A DNA stretch of 64,000 nucleotides from Octopus vulgaris (Eukaryota), in contig OX597839.1 in NCBI GenBank assembly GCA_951406725.2, positions 2,232,001 to 2,296,000 of the forward strand, read 5' to 3'. The position numbers and the translations under genes are program-made. Positions 58,525 through 64,000 of the stretch are shown one piece after another. Numbering within the stretch: the first letter of the stretch is position 1; every line of letters begins with the position of its first letter. The notes beneath the pieces were generated by a model that had not been told where the DNA came from, ran no database searches, and saw only the letters and a program-made list of their open reading frames with translations.

Positions 58525-59379
58525 CTATGTATGTAATTGTTGATTTGTGTGTGTGTGTGAGTATATATGTACATTTGTATGTATAAACACACACATATAT
58601 GCTTGCATATATACTTATAGTTATACTCTGCCTCACATCCACCAGAGCTTCTAACTCGTTTTTGTAGTGCATCTGGCAACTGTTTCTCTTATTTCTAAAA
58701 CAGAAGCAGGTCTCTTTATTATTTTTTTTCCATTTATTCTACAAAATACTCTCAAAGCAGCTGTTTTTCTTGGCCTCTCATCATGTCCACGACCTCTCGC
58801 TTTCTTGAAAGTGGCTCATATCCAGTGTTTCCCCTTGGCTAGCGACGCTGACAAAATATATGCTCTTCTCTTCGTAATGTATTCATTGCTTCTCTCGATG
58901 TTTCCGGTATTATTGTCGCTTTTACATTTATAATAATACTTAGCGATTACTTTAGAGTTTTCAGCAATGTATTAGTATTATATTAGTATTACTAGCTGCC
59001 TGTCTGTAACCGCTGTTCATGTTGTTCATGTTGTTTAACATCATCAGCTCTAAATTTTATTTCTTTCATTTTACTGTGCAAATTGTTCATGTTGTATCTT
59101 TGACCGTTTTGTCATTTGTCACGACATGTGATCTTTTTATTTTTATTTTTATTTTTATAACAAAATTACAACTCGTGTTCATTGTGGCTGTATTTTTTTT
59201 CAAACTTTTCTTTGTCGAAAATCCATCCACTTTGGCTGTCATCGAAACAATTTTGAGAAAAGAAAAAACACAAGAAGAAAATGCTAATTGCTGTTTGTCA
59301 GAAGAAAACAGTTAAAAGTGCAACTCATACTCTACATAAATGATAAAAAAAAACAAATCTACACCAGATATTCTTTTTA

Positions 59380-59603
59380 TTCTCTTACTAGTTTCAGTCA
59401 TTAGACTGCGGCCATGCTACGGTACCACCTTGAAGAATTTTAGCCAAATGAATTGACCTCAATGCTTATTTTTTTATGCCTATCGTCCACTTATGCTGAA
59501 CGGCTAAGTTGCGAGCACGTAAACACACCAAAAGCGTTTGTCAAGCGGTGGTGAGGGGACAAACACAGACACTAACACACACACACACATGCACACACAC
59601 ACA

Positions 59604-59654
<51 letters not shown>

Positions 59655-59853
59655 GCACACTCACACAATCATATCAGAGGATATTCAAGTGAAGACCCTG
59701 AAGAAACTGCACCAATATCATAGTAAGATTGCAATTAGAACGGTTACTAATTGATGCAGTAGAAGCGTGTCTAGGTCTATTTGATGGTGTGCATATATAT
59801 ATATATATGTGACGGAATTAAAGATAATGCTAATGTTACTTCGTAATAATCTT

Positions 59854-59904
<51 letters not shown>

Positions 59905-60067
59905 GTGACAGGCTTCTTTCAGTTTCCATCTACCAAATCCACTCACAAGGTTTGGTCGGCCCGGGCTATAGAAGAAGGCACTTGCCCAAGATGCCACGCA
60001 GTGAAACCGAACACGGAACCATATGGCTGGGAAGCAAACGACTTACTACACAGCCACGCCTGCGCCT
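59380..60067 (-). mobile_element. SINE A tail (59380-59570) and head (59905-60067) separated by expanded spacer
   Basis: Similarity to family A. Confidence 0.65.
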
Positions 60068-60079
60068 GTATATATATGT

Positions 60080-60150
<71 letters not shown>

Positions 60151-60387
60151 TGTGCGTGTGCGGAGACTGCTTGTTGGGAGAGAGTGTGCGAGCTCAGCGC
60201 CGACTAGCGGCCACTTGTATGAAACTCACTCGTACTCGCACTTCAAGGCAAAAATTCGCACGAGTCACGGTTCGTACAGCAAATTACTAGTACAACGGTG
60301 CACTCGTACTGCGAGGTTCTGCTGTATATGTATATATACAGACAGTCAGTGATAGATAAATGTAGATACATTTACATATATATATAT

Positions 60388-60799
60388 ATTTCTTTACTAC
60401 CCACAAGGGGCTAAACATAGAGAGGACAAACAAGGACAGACAAAGGGATTAAGTCGATTACATCGACCCCAGTGCGAAACTGGTACTTTATTTATCGACC
60501 CCGAAAGGATAAAAGGTAAAGTCGGCCTCGGCGGAATTTGAACTCAGAACGTAACGACAGACGAAATACCTATTTCTTTACTACCCAGAAAGGGCTAACA
60601 CAGAGAGGACAAACAAGGACAGACAAACGGATTAAGTCGATTATACCGACCCCAGTGCGTAACTGGTACTTATTTAATCGACCCCGAAAGGATGAAAGGC
60701 AAAGTCGACCTCGGCGGAATTTGAACTCAGAACGTAGCGCCAGACGAAATACCGCTAAGCATTTCGCCCGGCGCGCTAACGTTTCTGCTAGCTCGCCGA
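60388..60799 (-). mobile_element. Tandem pair of SINE B copies
   Basis: Two head-to-tail copies with the junction at about 60570. Confidence 0.9.
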
Positions 60800-61400
60800 C
60801 ATTTACATATATGTACTGACATGCATGTATATGTACGTGCGCCTTTCCTTTGTGTTTGTCCCTCCCCAACGACACAACCCAAAGACTAAAACAAACAAAA
60901 TATACATGATAAAAGATACCAAAGCCTTCATGATAGAAAGATGTGTTTTATGTCCCACTGCTTTTTGCATAATGGAAATAAATGCAAATTTGTATTTGAT
61001 GATTCGTGAATTTATCTGTCATGAATTTTGTGAAAGCTGCTCCAATAAAATGTTATGCAACGTTTATCTATGCAATCACTCCCTGTAAAACAACGGAACA
61101 CATATTCTTACGTAATAAACACCTGACATTATTGCATCAACAACGCACATTCTACAAAATTGCACAGATCATGCTCCACAGAACCATAACTCCCACAGTA
61201 AAACTACTCCTTTTAAGAGTTTGTATCACCCCCTGTATAATAATACACCAGGTACACTTCAATACCCCACCCTTCCCCCGCACTTTCGTGCCAACAACAT
61301 AAATTCTACAAAATTACGCACTTCATACGTGACATAACCACTGCCTTTGCACTAAAACTACCTTCTGTAAAATCTTGTACAATGATGGTCTACAGATCTA

Positions 61401-61627
61401 CGAGCTGGCAGAAACGTTAGCACGCCGGGCGAAATGCATTAGCCGTATTTCGTCTGCCGTTACGTTCTGAGTTCAAATTCCGCCGAGGTCGACTTTGCCT
61501 TTCATCCTTTCGGGGTCGATAAATTAAGTACCAGTTACGCACTGGGGTCGATGTGATCGACTTAATCCGTTTGTCTGTCCTTGTTTGTCACCTCTGTGTT
61601 TAGCCCCTTGTGGGTAGTAAAGAAATA
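61401..61627 (+). mobile_element. SINE B with TSD ggtctaca, inserted in a degenerate tandem repeat (61020-61900)
   Basis: TSD at 61387-61394 and 61628-61635. Confidence 0.88.
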
Positions 61628-62475
61628 GGTCTACACAATCACCCCTCGTAAAACAACACTATAATCTCCAATATCCGATATATAATACCAACAATTTCCA
61701 TTCTACAAAATTATACAGCTCGTACAATGCACACCAAATGCCCCACCATCCATACACTAAAACGTCTTTCCCTAAAACGTTGTGTGACGCTGTTCTACAA
61801 AAATCACCCCTTGTAAAATATTACGACACAGTTATATAGCTCGTGCGTTGCGTAACCTTTTCAGCCATTGACCGCACACTAAAAGACTCATGACAAATCA
61901 TGCAACAAATATAACTGGCACTCCGTCGGTTACGACGACGAGAGTTCCAGTTGATCCGATCAACGGAACAGCCTACTGATTGGATGTGTTATCATGTACA
62001 TGTTTTTTTTTGTCTTGGTGGCCTACAGCAAATATTCTGCTGAATACCACAGATTTTCTTGTCAGTTGTTTGACCATAACCAGTTGAACGATATGAACAT
62101 TTCTGATCACGAGTAGGAGTAGTGGAAAACATCAGGACAATTTGTTGATAGGGATTCTCTGGAATTTGAATACTTCAGCCATGGAATCAAGGGTGTTTCG
62201 TTCATCAACCTCAATAAAATCCTTATTCAGGGACCTTTTGAGTAGGATGGGTTACTCGATCTATACAAAAGTCTAACTCCTTGACCCCCCCACCAGACAC
62301 TCCTGCAAGGTCGTATGCAGTTTATCTTGGTATAAGTTCACCATGTCGTGCACGCATGGTTGTGATGCATGTACCCAGTGTACCCTTATCAGACGGGTAG
62401 TCGTGATGGGTATATTGAGCTTCATATATTTGCTATCCAGCGTCACTTTGATAGCATGCGCTAGTCTCTTACTCA

Positions 62476-62511
<36 letters not shown>

Positions 62512-62559
62512 ACGACGACGATGACGACGATAACAATCGACCACATACAGGGCAACTCA

Positions 62560-62875
62560 GGAGACACAGTGGTCAATATGCTGCACATATAGCCTCCCAC
62601 ATAATGAAAATTGGTGTGAACATAAACCATGACAGGTTGTACAAAATGCTGGATGAAGTTACTATTCTTTGGAATTTCAGTGTTCAGACTGATCGGGGGG
62701 AATACAGGCCAACCTATTGGATATCGAGAAAATTCATGCTGAAAAAACGTCTCTTGATGGATGTTGCAGCCCTAGCTGACAAAACCAATCTTTGAAAACA
62801 GCTGAAAAATTGAGTGAATATAAAAACTTGGAGATAGGAATGAGATGAATGTGGCATCAGAAAGCAACAGAAACA
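62560..62875 (+). mobile_element. R4/Dong-like LINE restriction-like endonuclease remnant
   Basis: Reads TILWNFSVQTDR..IQAN..DI...LLMDVA..AD...EKLSEYKNLEI....MW across frameshifts, matching the RLE domain pattern. Confidence 0.75.
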
Positions 62876-63254
62876 AAAAAAGAAAGAGCGAACAAAATAA
62901 ACCTTTCACTGATCTCGTGTTTAACAATAAACAGTATAAAAACATGTCACTACAGATTAGCCAAAAATGTGGAGAACATTAGAGAGAAAAATGAAGAAAA
63001 TAGAAGAGACTTTGGCAGAATCAATGAATAAAGGTTGACGGAAATGTTTTTCCAAGCTGCACGCGCTCACGAAGTTCTGCGAAAAAATATCTACGTCTAT
63101 GAAAGGTGTACAAGAAATTTATGTTAATGGTAACGGAACACGAACATCAACAGGTGGAATGATTAACTCTATTCAGTCAGTAACCAGGTGAGTAGACTCG
63201 TATCCTTCTCAGCCGAACCTAACGACAAATAAAAGAAGAGAGGCACGTCGCTAG

Positions 63255-63567
63255 TGTGGCTGTGTGGTAAGAAGCTGGCTGCCCAACCACATGGTTTCGA
63301 GTTCAGTGCCAATGCGTGGCACCTTGGGAAAATGTCTTCTCCTATAACCTCAGGCCGACCAAAGTCTTCGGGGTGTATTTGGTGGACTGAAACTGAGAGA
63401 AACCTGTCGTATACGTCCCCGTCACTTAGCGGTTCGGCAAAAGAGACCGATAGAATAAGTACTGGACTTACAAAGAATAAGTCCCGGGGTCGATTTCTTC
63501 GACTAAAGGCGGTGCTCCAGCATGGCCGCAGTCAAATGACTGAAACAAGTAAAAGAGTAAAAGAGTA
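63255..63567 (+). mobile_element. SINE A lacking its internal microsatellite
   Basis: The head is fused directly to the tail at gtcgtatacgtccccgt. Confidence 0.85.
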
Positions 63568-63590
63568 TATATGTATATATATATATATAT

Positions 63591-63840
63591 AAATGCGCCC
63601 TTTTAAAGCCTAGCCAGGCTCATGGACCCGGTTTCCCGGTTTCTATGACGTATGTGTTCCCCAGCTGGACGGGACGCCAGTCCATCGCAGCGTTACTCAT
63701 TTTTGCCAGCTGAGTGGACTGGAGCAACGTGAAATGAAGTGTATTGCTCAAGAACACAACGCGTCGCCCGGTCCAGGAATCGAGACCACAATCTTACGAT
63801 CATGGTGCTGACACCCTAACCACTAAGCTACACGCCTCCA
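63591..63840 (-). mobile_element. Full-length SINE C
   Basis: Reverse complement of 1097-1340. Confidence 0.9.
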
Positions 63841-63841
63841 C

Positions 63842-63932
<91 letters not shown>

Positions 63933-64000
63933 TTGTGTGTGTATGTGTGTGTATGTGTGTGTGTGTGTGTGTGTAATCAAAGAACAGGGAAAAGACACCA

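Noticed and set aside
58620-59320. Possible coding exon in unique-looking sequence
   Set aside because: The ORFs are short, with no recognisable motif or clear splice signals.

Overview
This is a repeat-saturated, AT-rich eukaryotic (animal) intergenic or intronic window with no convincing host protein-coding exon. Almost all ORFs in the track are translations of (CA)n/(TA)n/(TAGA)n/(CATA)n/triplet microsatellites. The repeat repertoire resembles octopus/coleoid cephalopod DNA (inference). It contains several tRNA-derived SINE families (here labelled A-E) and decayed DNA transposons: a maT/DD37D element, a Tc1 DD34E element, mariner fragments and MITEs, a hAT MITE and a Helitron. It also holds RTE and R4/Dong LINE remnants and at least three Penelope-like element (PLE) coding fragments. 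The most notable signal is a set of short unique islands embedded in (TA)n arrays that carry minimal hammerhead-ribozyme motifs, often with an inverted copy of their own flank (54.5 kb, 38.5 kb, 18.4 kb, 28.4 kb, 15.6 kb), plus one at 29.8 kb outside a (TA)n array. Other notable items are several long near-perfect hairpins, repeated nesting of elements inside the internal microsatellite of SINE A, modular head/tail swapping among SINEs, and a local templated insertion. Everything was read by eye, so coordinates may be off by a few bases and family names are from memory.
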